DNA of 64,000 bases from Callorhinchus milii (Eukaryota). Below the pieces are notes generated by a model. It ran no database searches. It was given only the letters and a program-made list of their open reading frames with translations, and was not told the origin of the DNA. The translations under genes and the position numbers were made by a program. Shown in pieces: positions 38,002-51,739 of the stretch; the first letter of the stretch is position 1; every line of letters starts with the position of its first letter. The stretch lies in the NCBI RefSeq assembly GCF_018977255.1, contig NW_024704743.1, forward strand, positions 106,766,001 to 106,830,000. Reading direction: 5' to 3'.

Positions 38002-39889
38002 TGACTAATAATTATCCTTGCATTGGTATATTGCCTTTCACATCAGGGCGATTTCTCAAAGTGTTTCACAGGATATACTGCAAAGTGCAGTGACTCTATT
38101 TTGCGGCAGTCAATTTTGTGCAAGGAATATCCCACCTCCAACAATGCAGCAAACCCCAGCACAGCATCAGTCGGGACTGTACAAGTTCAAAGTCTTGAAA
38201 TGGGCCACAAATCCATAATCTTCTCACTCAGAGACGAGAGTGCTACCAACCGAGCCAGGCTGAATGGAATTGGACTATCAGGGGAAGCTGGCAGACAGGA
38301 TAAGCCAGGTGATTTCCCTTCTATGTTACATTATTTCAATGATTCAAAGTATTGGTCTGTTTATGGGGAGGAAATAATATGTTCCATTTTACTAACTCTT
38401 TAGGCCCAGTATTATAAAGAGGTACTTTTCAGCTAATTGAGTACATTGAAGTTCAAACTGCTTCTGCCATTGAAGCAACAAGGTCACTTGACTGATTTAT
38501 TTTCCTGAGTCAACAATAAGCTCTGGCTCTCAAAGAATTTGAGACATTATCTCATCAGAAGCCCAAGGTACTGCAGGGCCTGACACAACATCTCAATCAC
38601 TGCACTGGAAGGGCTCATTAATTCTAATATCCAATATCTGTGAGTAACAATAAATTATTTCACAAGATGTTACATGGCAGATTCGAGGTGTGTATTTTGG
38701 AGCTGCCAATGTATTAAAGTGCTCAAAGGAATAGTGATCCTTTGAGCACACCATGCCTGGAGCTCGATGTCTAATCTGCTGCGTTGTCTTATGATTGTGG
38801 AGCCTTCTACAGTACTACAAGACATCAACAGCTGAGCCTTCTGCAAGACATCAACAGCTGAGCATTGCGTTATAGTGATGACCAGCTTTGACAAAAAAAA
38901 TCTTTCTTCTTGTCCACCTCAGGGCAACTTAGTGGCTCTCGAAGGGTTAAATAACTGATCTTCAACTATTAATGTTAGTAAGAAATCACCATGACAGAAG
39001 AGCACTAGAGGAAATATTCCAACTGCTTGGTATAAAGACCCTTCAGATATTTTCCAACAATAAAGTGCATATATTTATCACTAAGCTGTTAATGTGGCAA
39101 CTTCTGATTTATAGCGCATTCAGTCACCACCGATGCTTTGTAAAGTATAACTTTTGCAGTGGAATAAAACAGGGATATACTGTGGGTCGAGGTGCTGGGA
39201 ATTGATTATAGAGCTGGCGGTAGCAAAGAAAATGTAATTCCTCCAACGTCTGTTCTAACCCACTCCTGTCCCACTCAATCCGCAAATGCAGGACTTTACA
39301 AGGGATTATTTCTGGTACTAGTTTTCTCCTGTGTATTCAGAAAAAAAAAGTTTTTTTTAAAAAATATAAATAGCCATCATCTGTTATTCATAAAAAGTGA
39401 AAAAGAAATGGCTGATAATTTCTTTTTGGTCTGCAACTTCTAAGATGGTAGAAGGAGGACTAGATGCACCTTGGTCTTTTTTCATCTAGCAATTCCTATG
39501 TTCCTATAATGGAATTACAAATGGACATGCACTACAGTACTTTACAGTAATTTAGGATGCATTTTTAGAGCACAATTGCATTTTTTCAAAGCAGTAAAGA
39601 TCTCTCAACATGTCATACTGTCTTGTTTGGCAAAATTATTTTATATGTACTTCTTTAAGCAGTAATGTCACTGTTAGATTACTGTCTGAGATTCAGCATT
39701 AGGATAATTGTACAATTGCTTCTCTGAGCTTTTACTGGGGTTAGCCGTAATAGCAGCAACATGTGGCTAGAAGACTATAGAGTGGTACATCAATCTGCTT
39801 TCTCTCGGGGCAAGGTGACATGTGGTTGGTAATCTAGGCTCTGGGCCATTTACACAAAATACCTTTTCTTTGTTCCAGCTGCTATTTTA

Positions 39890-40275
39890 TCTTTCATATT
39901 GGGAGGACGTCTCAAATCACTTCACATGATATACTGTGAAATATTTTGTAGGTGAATGCAGCAGCCAACTTGCACACAACAATATCCCACAAACAGCAAT
40001 GAAGTGAATAACCAATATTATTTGGAAGATTGTTGGCCAGAACACTTGGAGAAACTCCCTTCTCTTTTCAAATAGTGCCATGATCTTTAATGTCCACCCG
40101 AACAGACAGATGGGACCTTGGTTTAACATCTTATCTGAAGGATGACATCGCTCACATGCTTCAGATGAGATGTTAACCCAAGCACTCCTCCGGCACTGCA
40201 TTTGAGTGTCAGCTTAGATTCCACGTCCCGATGTGGGGCTTGAACCCACAACCGTCTGACTCAGAGGCAAGAGTG
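39890..40275 (-). mobile_element. Deu-domain SINE, near full length
   Basis: tRNA-like head, gctgacactcaaatgcagtgc, cagataagatgttaaaccaaggtccc, tail. Confidence 0.85.
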
Positions 40276-40734
40276 CATCCACTGAGGCAGGCTGATCCAC
40301 ATTTTCACTTTAATGTTTCCACACGCAATTTTTATTTTAAATCTTTTAAATATTTAATGATTGAAAATCAACCATTTCAGAATTACATTGGAGTCAAAAC
40401 AAACATAATTTCCCATCCTCTGAGCCCTAGCAAACATTCTTCTTTTGCCATATTCTTCCGCTGTGCTACAACTTGCACGTTCATCTTGTTACATTATTTA
40501 GTGTGTTGTGTTGGATGATCCAAAAGTCATTGTTTTAAAGGGGAAACCACATTGCCCTGGGAAAAGTGAAAGCTTTTTAAGAGCGCTCCACGTACTAGTG
40601 ATGTGTGAGAGGGGCTTTCAATGTTCGGGCTTTGAGTTGAAAGGGAATTGGCAGCTCCCCAGCAGAACTCCAACCCCAGTTCAATCATTCATTGCCAAGC
40701 ATTCTCCAGTCAGCTATTGAGAACAGAGGAACAT

Positions 40735-41120
40735 ATATTTTTATAGTGTCTTCTTAACTTGGAAAGCCTATCCAAGTGCATTTAATATTTTTTGTAGGCA
40801 GTTGCAGCAGCCATTTTGCACACAGCAAAATCCAACAAACAGCCCTGAAAGGAATGACTGTTTTATCTGGATGATTACAGGTGAGCACACTGGGAGAGAC
40901 TCTTTTCTCTCTTCAAATAATGTCATGGAAGTTTTAATGAGCTGAAAAATTGGCAGTGGACACCTCGGTATAATGACATCTCCGACAATGCAGCAGTCTC
41001 TTATTAATGCACTGGAGTGTCAGCCTCGACGATGAGCTCAGTGTCCCAAACAGGAGAGCCTGAACATACAACCTTCTGACTCATCGGTGACAATGCTACC
41101 ACTCAAATCAAGCTGACACC
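40735..41120 (-). mobile_element. Old Deu-domain SINE
   Basis: ggctgacactccagtgca...gctgcattgtcggag on the minus strand. Confidence 0.8.
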
Positions 41121-42464
41121 AGTATGTGGGACAGACATGCAGGGGATTGCCATTTCTATTCCCTACAAACACGCTATCAATATTGCCCAACCCTTTACCT
41201 TTTTCTGGTGTTTTACTGTTGCATTACAATCATTATCATATCAGATTGTTACAGATCATCAGTTGACTGTTTTTTTAATTGATGGCATAAGATCTATTTC
41301 TAATGAACTAGTTGATCTGTTTTCTTTCAATGTCTCATTTCAAAGGAGAAAAGATAGATTTGTTGAGTTCTTATCAGTAAAACATTTACTTCTTTACACA
41401 TGTGATTATTTCTTATGCTAATTGACAGAACTAACCCTAGAACAACCAAATTGCATGTATATAATGCCCTTAGGCAAAGATAACGTCTCAGACCACTGAT
41501 TCTATTCAGGTCATTCGGAACCACTCACCAACCTTACTTGTTATGAACTTTTCATGTGACATATTTCTGGAACAGTGAACATGTGAAATTCCTGGCAATT
41601 ATACATACTCTCTTTGAAGAGTATCTACAGATGTGATGTTGAGCAATAGACATTTATAGTCTTTGATGCATTTTGCAGTGAGCATTCATTTTGGGTGATA
41701 AGAATAATAATCTTTGTATAATGCCAACAACGTAATAACATCGCAAAGCATTTCAAATTGCTGTCAAGTGTTATGATTGTGTGTTTGTTAGCGAAAATAC
41801 ATCACCAGACATTTTGCTTCTCAAATGTTTTTCGTACTTTGCTTGTTTTCAAAACTACCATTGCAAAAATATCAAGGACCTAAGTTGGCACTGGAATTGA
41901 TAGAGTAGGCTGGTATTCCAGTGCAGCACTGAGGGAAGAATGCTGCATCAGATGTGCTGTCCTTCAGATGAAACATTTAGCCACAGTCCCAGTCTGCCTG
42001 TTCTTTAGGTAGACATAAAAGTCCAATGATGATATTCAAGAAGAGAAGAGGGGCTTGTCCCAGTGTCCGCTCTCCGCTGTAGAACTTTGCTGTTGACTGT
42101 GAAATCTGTGACATTTTGGAATTATCACAAAGAATCAATGATGAAACATGGCAAATGTATTCCTTTATTATTGACACAGTTAAACTTACCTGTCAATCAT
42201 TGTCTCTGCACTGCTTCTTCTAAGACTACCATCAAATTGGGTTTTTAACTCGCAGGGCTCACATTACTTTGCTGTTATTGAGGCAGATTTTCATTAAAAA
42301 AACAGGAATCAAACTTAATGTAGTCAGTTTGCTGTTGTACGCATTAAAATGCTGCTATTTGGCCGCAAAAGGTAGTCTAAGAGCAGGGCTTCATTTGGAA
42401 GTGATCATTGCGTCAAGTTGTGTGCTTTTTGTTGAGTCTCGTGTCTTTCCCACTTTTTTTTTTC

Positions 42465-42672
42465 CCCCAATCACTCTGCCTCACCCCCTCCTTAACCTCC
42501 TTCAAGTTCCGCCTCAAAACTCTCCTCTTCGACCATGCCATCGGTCACCCCCCGTTCCCCTCTCCTCCCTTCTCCTCTCCCCCTGACCCCAGCTCGGGTC
42601 TGAAATGCTGTACACTGTCCAGCGCTATACATGAAAGGCGCTATACAAATCTAAACTTGTTGTTGATGTTGT
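42465..42672 (+). mobile_element. L2 3' end
   Basis: SLTSFKFRLKTLLFD; tail tgaaaggcgctatacaaat...(ttg)n. Confidence 0.85.
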
Positions 42673-45600
42673 TTTAGGTATTAGTATGACAACAGAACTA
42701 TAGTTGGAAAGAACTGATCTGAAAAGTAGGTTACTACCAAAACTGCTTGCTGTAGGTGGTAACCAGACTCCAACATTAATGAAGATAGCACAAATGGTAT
42801 AACTACAATGGTGCAAGTGGTGCAATTGGGCCAGGACCCATGAGGTTACGGGGGCCCAACTCGTCGGCAGCAGGATGTCTGAGCGGAGCGAACAGCTGGG
42901 ACATTAGGGTTGAGGGACATTTGCAGAGATAAGGTAGAGTGAGTCAAGACATTTAAAAGTGAGCATGAGGATATCGTATTTGATCCTCTGCAAAATGAGG
43001 AGCCATCACAGCTGAGTGACAAGAAATGTCCATTACCCTTAATTCTCTGCCGGCCTTCTTTCCTTCCTTTCTTCCTTGCTTGCTTTCTTTCTTTCTTTGT
43101 TTCTTTACATGTACATGTGATTTGCAGAAGAGATACCTTCTGTGAGAAAATAATCTTCACTGTTGCCTGACTGACACCAAGGAGTACTAGTCTTCAGTAA
43201 ATTATGTCAATGGACAGCAGAACATTCGTTATTATATCTTATGTTCACTAAGCACTGGCTACATCATGCACAACCCAAGAGAACAGTTTTCTCAAATGTT
43301 CACAGTGATGTTAAGTACAAATAGAATTAAAAAAAAGTGAATACTTGAATTCAGAAAATGAAATCATAAATACTCGAAATCAATATCACAGTCACTCGAT
43401 ATTTGAACAGAAAAAAATGGTCATGGTCAACATCATGTTAACTTGTAATAAATATATCCTATTGATATAAACTGTTCCTGAATTTAAACAACCTCAATTG
43501 TCCATTGAGCTCTGAGCATTGTATTGCACTGTAATGTTAGGGTTGGCATTATTGCTGTCAATATTATCCAGTAGCAAGAGAACAAACAGAATAGATCTTG
43601 AAGCAAACAGATAGCCCACTTAGTGCATAAATCAGGTGCAGGGCACGAGCGCCATTGATGTGAAATATTCTACACCCATATATCCTCTGCAGACACCATA
43701 AGTTATTAATCCACAGTCAATGGATATTTCAGTAAAGGTCTGTTTTTGTTACTGCTCCAAAGCTTCACACTATTCAAATATAGGAAGGTGCTAAGTGCTT
43801 CCTTCAACATGTAATAATAAACCTCCTCGCTGTCAGACAACGGCATTTGCTGATTTAAAACTGCATCACATCACACTCTGGAGATCTCAAGGTAATCAGC
43901 ACTTTAGCCATCCACTGTAATCCACTCAGCAGTAAATATATTTCTTTAAAAAACTGAAATATTTTAAGCTTAATAATTAACTGGCAATGTGCTTCTCAGC
44001 CTAATATGCAAGTTAAGTGCTAAAATATGCAAGTTATTGAACTTCCGTTTTAAAAAGTCAATTGCTTTACGATTTCAATCGAGTTACATTATTGTGTACG
44101 TGGCTGGATAGTTTTGTAAAACTTAGTGCCTTTGGTTGATTGACTGCACAGTTGGAAGCAACATGTTTATTTCTGACATTTTGCTGTGGCCTCCCATGGA
44201 CCACAGCTACGTCAATAATGTGTGCAGAATGCTGATGTTTTACTGATATTTTACACAGAAATATCTGTTCCATGAGTCTGTGGTTGCCACAGCAATACTT
44301 GGGAGATGTATATGCCGTTATATTAAATTCATATAAATATATACATGCATCTCTCTTTCATACCCTCTCAAATTGTTATTTAATCATATAATCATAGAAT
44401 TATGTAGCACAGAAGGAGGCCATTCGGTCATTCTCCTTGTTCATGCTATTGAATCCCCTCATAATTTTGAAAACTTCTATTAAGTGTCCTCTTAACCTTC
44501 ACTGCTTAAAACACATTCATTTATAGATTTAATAGTCTTTGTTTATATTTTAATTGACAGTGATGATCATTACATAGAAGTAGATAGCCTTATCACAGCA
44601 CAGAAACATCTATTTGGTCCAACTATTCTGTGCCAGTGTTTATATTCCACATGAACCTCAACACACACCAAATATCCCCTCTTCCATTCTCCTTTTATGA
44701 ATATAAAATTTGTAAGTGACCTACAAACTAATCTTATTTATTAGTAGCATTGGATTGTAAAGCTCATTGATTGATAGACTCTTCCTTTTGCTCTTTGTAC
44801 TATGACTGCACTTGGAGAAACTTTTTTAGCAAGTGTGCATTTGCTGTCTCAAGTTAGTAAATTAGTGTTAGGATTAAACACGCAAAGTGATCAATATTAC
44901 TGATTGTAACATAACAGAAACAGACATTTCCAGCACAGAGGAAAGACAATTTGGCCCATTGTGCCACTGCTACCGGTTTCTTTAATTTATCCTTTATTAA
45001 TCCAACTCTATAGCCCTTTCCTCATATTCATAAAGACTTTTATGTTTTATGAAGAATTGATTTCTAAAAATGAAAATAGATACTTTAGATTTAGGATTTA
45101 CCAAGTGCAATTCTTCAAATTGGCTTTGTATTCTAAATATGTATTTCCATCCCACTCTTTTAAAATCTGCCTTAAGATCTAAGATTTCAACCACGCATTC
45201 TGTCATCTTGACGTTCCTCCCATCCCCCTCCCCAAAAAGCTCAGGTATCCAGTCAGCTGCGTGTAATGCTTTGAAACATCCTCTCACATTGAAAGGTACT
45301 ATATGAATGTAAATTCATATCCACAACTGTTTGTGGGATTTCTGTGCCCAATTGTCTGCCCATGAAATATAGTCAATTCAATTTACAGTATATTCTGTGA
45401 AGCGCTTTGAGGCGTCTCAATGATGTGATACGGTACTATATCAAATGCATGTATTATTATTATATAATTGTACTCTATTATAAATAATAAACATAAAATA
45501 TTTATTATTTATAATAAAGTATGATTTACATTCATATTTCACATTTCAAGATGAGAGAGTGTTGCAAAATTTGATTTAATGCAGGCATCCCCTGGGACGT

Positions 45601-46857
45601 CTTTCCCATGTGAAGGGTGCTATACAAGTGTAATTTGTTGTTATCTACTGTGGGTTTCTCCTCTAAAAAAAGCCATCTTCTGCGTCTTTAGATCACAGTT
45701 GATGTCATTGTGTTTTGTACACAGGAGGCATGATGTTACTTTCACATCTGAGGTATTGGACTCAGGTAACTGCATTACAATGGGGTCGCCTTTACCTCAA
45801 TTTATATAATATTTTAATTTTAACATCAGAAACAATGGCAGTACCCAAATGAGGAATTAATAAAGTTGCACAAAAAAGATTATCCAATTTGTGTTGCATG
45901 CCATACATGAACATACTAAATGTTCAAACAATTTAAAAAATCAAAAGCTTCACTGTAATACTCCTGGGATAAGACTGGCATTTAATCTGACACCTTATTT
46001 ACTGACCAGACTACAGCCAAATTTATTATTTCTGAGCATTATGTAAAAAGCCAATTGAAAATCCTTTTGGGACTGTCTGTCTGAACATGCTGATATGAAA
46101 TAGTATTATCATTAATGCATTGAAAGGATTTTCTAAGGTTGACCTTTATGTGATCACTTCACTGGGATCAGATTACGTTTGGCAAATAAATCATAGAATC
46201 ATAGAATTATACAGCACAGAAAGAGGCCATTTGGCCCATCGGGTCTGTGCCGGCTCTATATTCCGGTGTCTATATCTGGCCAAATGTTTGATTTATTCTG
46301 AAATGGTATCTGTATGCTGGCTACATGCTTCATTCTGTAAAAAGCTGGCTTACGTTTATTGCTGCCGGCTAACTGGTGCTTGTGTTTTATATACTTTCCA
46401 CAGGACAAATTGGGGTGAATAAGCATCATCAATAATTACACTCAAACCAATCGATAATTATCTACTGCTATTGGGTGTGAATCCCTGTTCCCCCTCTCCT
46501 CCAGAACAGTTTCAGGCAGAAAGCAACCATCATGTCTATCTACCTATCAGTCCAACTTTGAAAAAAGTACTGTATTCCTTGAAACAGTAGCGAGGGTTAT
46601 AGGAGGGTCCATCTCTGATCCATTTGATGTCATTAATGTAATAATAAATAAAATAATACTTGCATTAAATATATGTGATATAGCACCTTTCCCGACATTA
46701 AAATGTCTCAAACAGTTTCACAGGATTTCTGTAAAGTGTAATGAATGTGTATTGTGCCAGCAATCTCCTCATACTCCTAATATTCATTCACCTAATACCC
46801 ATAAGCTGCATTTCTCTCCAGTTGCTTTCTTTTATGTTACTTAATGTTACATTAATT

Positions 46858-47050
46858 ACATGAAAGACTTGTAAGAAAGATAGAAGCCCATGGTATAAAA
46901 GGGACAGTGGCAGCATGGATCCAGAACTGGCTGGGAGACAGAAAGCAGAGAGTTGTGGTGAACGGCTGCTTTTCTGACTGGAGGGAAGTAAGTGTACAGT
47001 GGCGTTCCCCAGGGATTGATATTAGGACCACTGCTCTTCTTAATATACAT
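46858..47050 (+). mobile_element. CR1 RT internal fragment
   Basis: LVRKIEAHGIKGTVAAWIQNWLGDRKQRVVVNGCFSDW..SGVPQG..LGPLLFLIY. Confidence 0.9.
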
Positions 47051-47052
47051 AC

Positions 47053-47383
47053 GTGGAGTCCTGTAGCTCAGTGGTTAGAGCACTCGCTTTGCAAGTGAGA
47101 GACCTGAGTTCAATTCCAGGCAGAGGGCGAAACCTTGGGCAAGTTTCCTTACTCCACACGCCTAATAATAATCCCTCCAAAAAACCAAAAACAATAATTA
47201 AATTGGTCATTTTCAATCTACGACTGTTTGTGGGACATTGCTGTGCGCAATTGGCTGCCGCGTTCGCCCACAAATATACAGTCAATTCACTTTACAGTGT
47301 GTTCTGTGAAGCGCTTTGGGACGTCCTCCCGACGTGAAAAGCGCTATATCAAATGCAAGGATTATTATTATTATTATTATTAT
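47053..47383 (+). mobile_element. Young full-length tRNA-Ala SINE, ctcccgac-loop subfamily
   Basis: Complete from gtggagtcctgtagctc to the (tta)n tail. Confidence 0.97.
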
Positions 47384-49204
47384 ATTAATGTATTCTCTTA
47401 CCCTGCCTGTTGCTATAATTCACACCATCCCTTTAAAGTTCAGCTGTATTAAAGGGTCCACTGATCTCCGTAAACCGACACTTGAGATCAAACATGATTC
47501 TGACATTTCCAACCTGGCTAAGAATTATTCATCCTAATAATCATTCGTGTGATGATTACCTAAGCTCTTAGACTCCCCACTGTACACAATGTTCTAACCT
47601 ACCACTGCACATATCTATATTACCATTAATGCTTTGATCATTTCACACATACCTGGAACTGTGTGTAATGTTAGGCTGATGACTTTTTGCAGTTCCCTTG
47701 TTCTATCTCAGCAGATTGTAACAACAGTGGCTGTTTTTTAACAGATCATTCTATTAAAGCATATAGACTGCCAACCCTGTGAATATCAATAGGGTTAATT
47801 CAGAATATGTAAGGGGATATTTTTGTCGTGTCTGAAGGAAGCGGCAGATAATCAAACCAAAGTTTATAATGTGTATCGCAGTGTTGCAGCTTGAATTTAG
47901 CCTGAGGAAGTGACTGGCAGTTTAACAGCAGAAACCAAACAACAGAATCCAGCGATTTGTTTTGGTCAAGGAAATGATACCCTGTGGATGAGTGAATTTC
48001 CAAGTCACACATCAATAACTGGGTGAAATACGGCCTTCGGGAACTGTTTGCTCTTGAGCTTATGACTGCTGATGTAACCAAACGATTTGATGGTTTTATT
48101 GAATAAAATGCAATTGCATTTCAGATTACAATTAGAATTACAAGGAGACTGAAGACACAATCTTCTTAACTTTACCTTACAGAGCTTTCAATCATTTTGA
48201 AAGGATTTTCATGAAACAACTGATAAATGGTGATATATAATCTGTATTTTAAGGAATAACCTGTACAATTTGGACAGAGAAATCCATGAGTCATCAGCTG
48301 CAACACCTTGTACTTATAATGACATCTAGCGTGTAGGTCTCGATAATTGCTTTACAGAGCCCAAGTGGAAATCAAAAGAAATTGGGATAAATAATAATTA
48401 TGATTCCTACATTTGTCTAGCATCTTCCACGGCGGGAGGATGTCCTAAAGGTGCTTCATAGGATTTACTGCGAAGTGGAATGATTGTGTGTTTTATTGAT
48501 AAACACATTGGGGTGGGGTCGGGGGGTGAGTGGAATCTGGGTAATGGTTGAGTGGGGGCTGGTTGGGGGCTGAGTTGGGGACTGAGCCAGAAGCTAGTCA
48601 GGGTTCATAAGGGTTTGAGCAGGGAGCCTGAATTAAATAACATTCAAGATCAAGTTCTCAGAAGATTGTGTGGAAAATCTACAATAATAACATGCAATTT
48701 AACTCAGAGATGGTAAATGCTTCTTGGAGCAATCAAAATGACTATAATAGCATAGTGAGAATCCAGCTATCAAAATATTTGTGACTTGCATTTCAGTCAG
48801 ATTTCTTGGATAGAATGGATTTGTGACCATAGTGTATTTTCAGTTCTCAGATTAGATTTCTTTCTCACTCTCTAAACTGTGCACTAAAATAGTCAATGTT
48901 TTTCTTTAATCCTCCAGGGTTTTTCTTTGCAAGCCTGATGAACTCTATCTTCATGTGTTATTTTCAAAACGTTTTAACAAAACTCTCAGAAAAGGGACAG
49001 AAATGAATCATACCAATTATTCAATGTCTTAAAGTAATCTGAGAGTGAAGAAGGGAAGGTGATCTGTTCTTGCCTGAAATTCCCATGCGACTGCCAGGAG
49101 AGTGGAAGGCGAACTAGATGGACCTTGGTCTTTTTTCATCTAGCATTTCTTGTCGTCTTATGTTCTGATGGAGAATGGCAAAGCATTAGAGAACACTGAT
49201 GATC

Positions 49205-49351
49205 TGTGGGACATTGCTGTGCGCAATTGGCTGCCGCGTTCGCCCACAAATATACAGTCAATTCACTTTACAGTGTGTTCTGTGAAGCGCTTTGGGACGT
49301 CCTCCCGACATGAAAAGCGCTATATCAAATGCAAGGATTATTATTATTATT
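49205..49351 (+). mobile_element. 5'-truncated young SINE
   Basis: Almost identical to the 3' half of 47053-47383. Confidence 0.95.
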
Positions 49352-50581
49352 AATTGACTCAGCTGTAGCAGACAGTCACACTGATAGTTTGGAAGGAGAT
49401 ACAGTATAGAGAATTAAATTGCAAACTTTGAATGGTAGAGTGATAGAAATTATGTGGTGTTGTGATTCCTGTTCTCATTGACAATTGTAATGTTTGGAGG
49501 CGAAGGAAAATATATTCATTATGATATGGAGTCCCGTTCTTATAATACTGTAGCAGCATTCACCAAACTGGTGATTTGAGTAGATGTGTGTGTGAAATAC
49601 CAACAGTATGTGTATAAAGGAATCAGACAATCGTCCTGCTCTTCAAAGATGCTTCTGTTGTTTATAGTTTCTTCTCATTTCCTTGTGTCGAAGCATTACT
49701 AAATGGACAGTTACTGAAAAGTTCTGCTTACTGTCACTTACTCATTGACAGCTTCCTCATGTTTGAACTTTAGTCCGTTTATTACAGTATTTCCCTCCTT
49801 CTGTATTGTGTTTAGCTCAGCTTGTATGAACACCTGTCAGGACAGGTTTGGAAATGAAAGAGTTATGCCATTAGCATGTATTTGTCTTTGTGCCTTTGTT
49901 TAGTTAACCTAAGTGTTTTAAAATTATTATTGAGGATAAATCCATTCTATTTCACCTCCCTCCTAGTGTTTTGATCTCCTTGCTTCCCTGGACCCACATA
50001 TCAGCTGCAGCCATGAAGGTTGGCAGCCAGTCTGCTCCACAGCCTCTCCCAAACCTGCTCTGAAGCTCCTGTTGTGGGGGTAGGGATTTACTCTGCTCTG
50101 TGAGATCCAATTAGCAAAGTTACTGATGTGAGCTCAGGGTTATTCTGCTTGCTTTGGTAACATTAGCTAATTTGTTTTTATAAATGAACATTAATGTAAT
50201 CAAGAGATTTAATGTTATACATGAAATGTTATTTCTCATTTATTTATAATCACATAACGCCAAATTTGCTAAATCTATCAAACAGAGTAGAGCGAGCACT
50301 GGACTCAGTTCAGTGAATTTACTACATGGAGCATACAATGCAGAATCACTCCTACACGTGTGAGAAAACATCGTGGGATTAACTGCAGTGATTTATTTTC
50401 TCTCTCAGTTCTCCCTGTGAGGTAATCTGACCTCTCTGCTCCATCACTCTAGGCAACAAACACTGAGATTTCCACAGACTCAGCCAGACCACAAGAAGAA
50501 AAAAGATCTAACTCTCTCCGCTCACATCATAAGGCAAAGATCTTCACTTTGTGGATCTGTGTGGATCTTCACTGATAACCT

Positions 50582-50894
50582 GTGGAGTCCTGTAGCTCAG
50601 TGGTTAGAGCACTCGCTTTGCAAGTGAGAGACCTGAGTTCAATTCCAGACAGGGCGAAACCTTGGAAAGTTTCCTGACTCCACACGCCTAATAATAATCC
50701 CTCCAAAACAAAACAATAATAAATTGGGCATTTTCAATCCATGACTGTTTGTGGGACACTGCTGTGCGCAATTGGCTACCGCGTTCGCCCACAAATATAC
50801 AGTCAATTCACTTTACAGTATATTCTGTGAAGCGCTTTGTGATGTCTAGAAGACGTGAAAAGTGCTATATCAAATGCAACGATTATTATTATTA
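50582..50894 (+). mobile_element. tRNA-Ala SINE, short form, agaagac-loop subfamily
   Basis: Full length; tail loop gatgtctagaagacgtgaaaag. Confidence 0.95.
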
Positions 50895-51739
50895 TAACCT
50901 GAGTTTCTGTAAATCACTATGCATTCCTCCATGGCTTCTTTAAATAAAGGAGATGTTTCCAAAGAATGAAACAGGCCACTCGGCCCAACCAGTCTGTACC
51001 AATGTTTATACTCCACATGAGTCTTCACCCATTGCTTACTCCCTTCCATACCTTTCTATTCTCTTCTGTCTCATATGAAGGTCTAGCTCCCTCGTGAATG
51101 CATCTTTGCCATCTGATTTAACCACTGCATCAGGCAGTGAGTTCACTACCCTCTGCGTGAAATAATTCCTCCTAAATTCTCTTTTAGATCCCCTAGCCAC
51201 TATCGCTGGTTATTGACTTCTCAATCGATGGAAACAATTGCATTATTTGAATTGATCTTCTATGCTTCTAGAAACTCCACCCAGGTCTAGATTTACTCTT
51301 AATTATGTAGAATTTCAGAGCATCTGGAATTTGGCAATTCTTAAATACTGTTTTAATTTTGAAGCTGATTTTCTGTTCTTTTAAGAACTATGGAAAAACA
51401 ACTTCAAAATTGAAAAAGAAATTGAATGATTTGCCAAATTTTACTGAAAATGCTAAGAAAATAATAAATTATTATTATTATTATTATTATTAAATCTGGA
51501 CCCAGGTGAAATCTCTACCCATATATAGTTTGCACATCCAGAAAGTAGCTATGTATTGGCATAGTGTCCTTGGAGGCCGAATATGGTAGACTACAGAGTG
51601 GGCTGCACATCAGTTCACATGTACAATGCTCCAGATTCTGATTCCTAATCTCAGTTACATTTCAGAGGCACCAAGCAGACAATCTGTATGGTGAGGGTGA
51701 GAGACAAAGTAGAGAAGGTTGCGGGCTGTTCTTAGAACA

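Noticed and set aside
47053..47130. tRNA-Ala(TGC) gene, and similar copies elsewhere
   Set aside because: It has A and B boxes and an anticodon arm, but the T-stem is imperfect and it always continues into SINE body and tail, so it is a SINE head.
47228..47452. Recurring ORFs such as [21 protein letters not shown] and MGRPPDVKSAISNARIII
   Set aside because: These are translations of the non-coding SINE body; they recur because the SINE recurs, not because of a gene family.
50409..50421. 13-nt microexon candidate
   Set aside because: Not frame-preserving and the donor (gtaatc) is weak.
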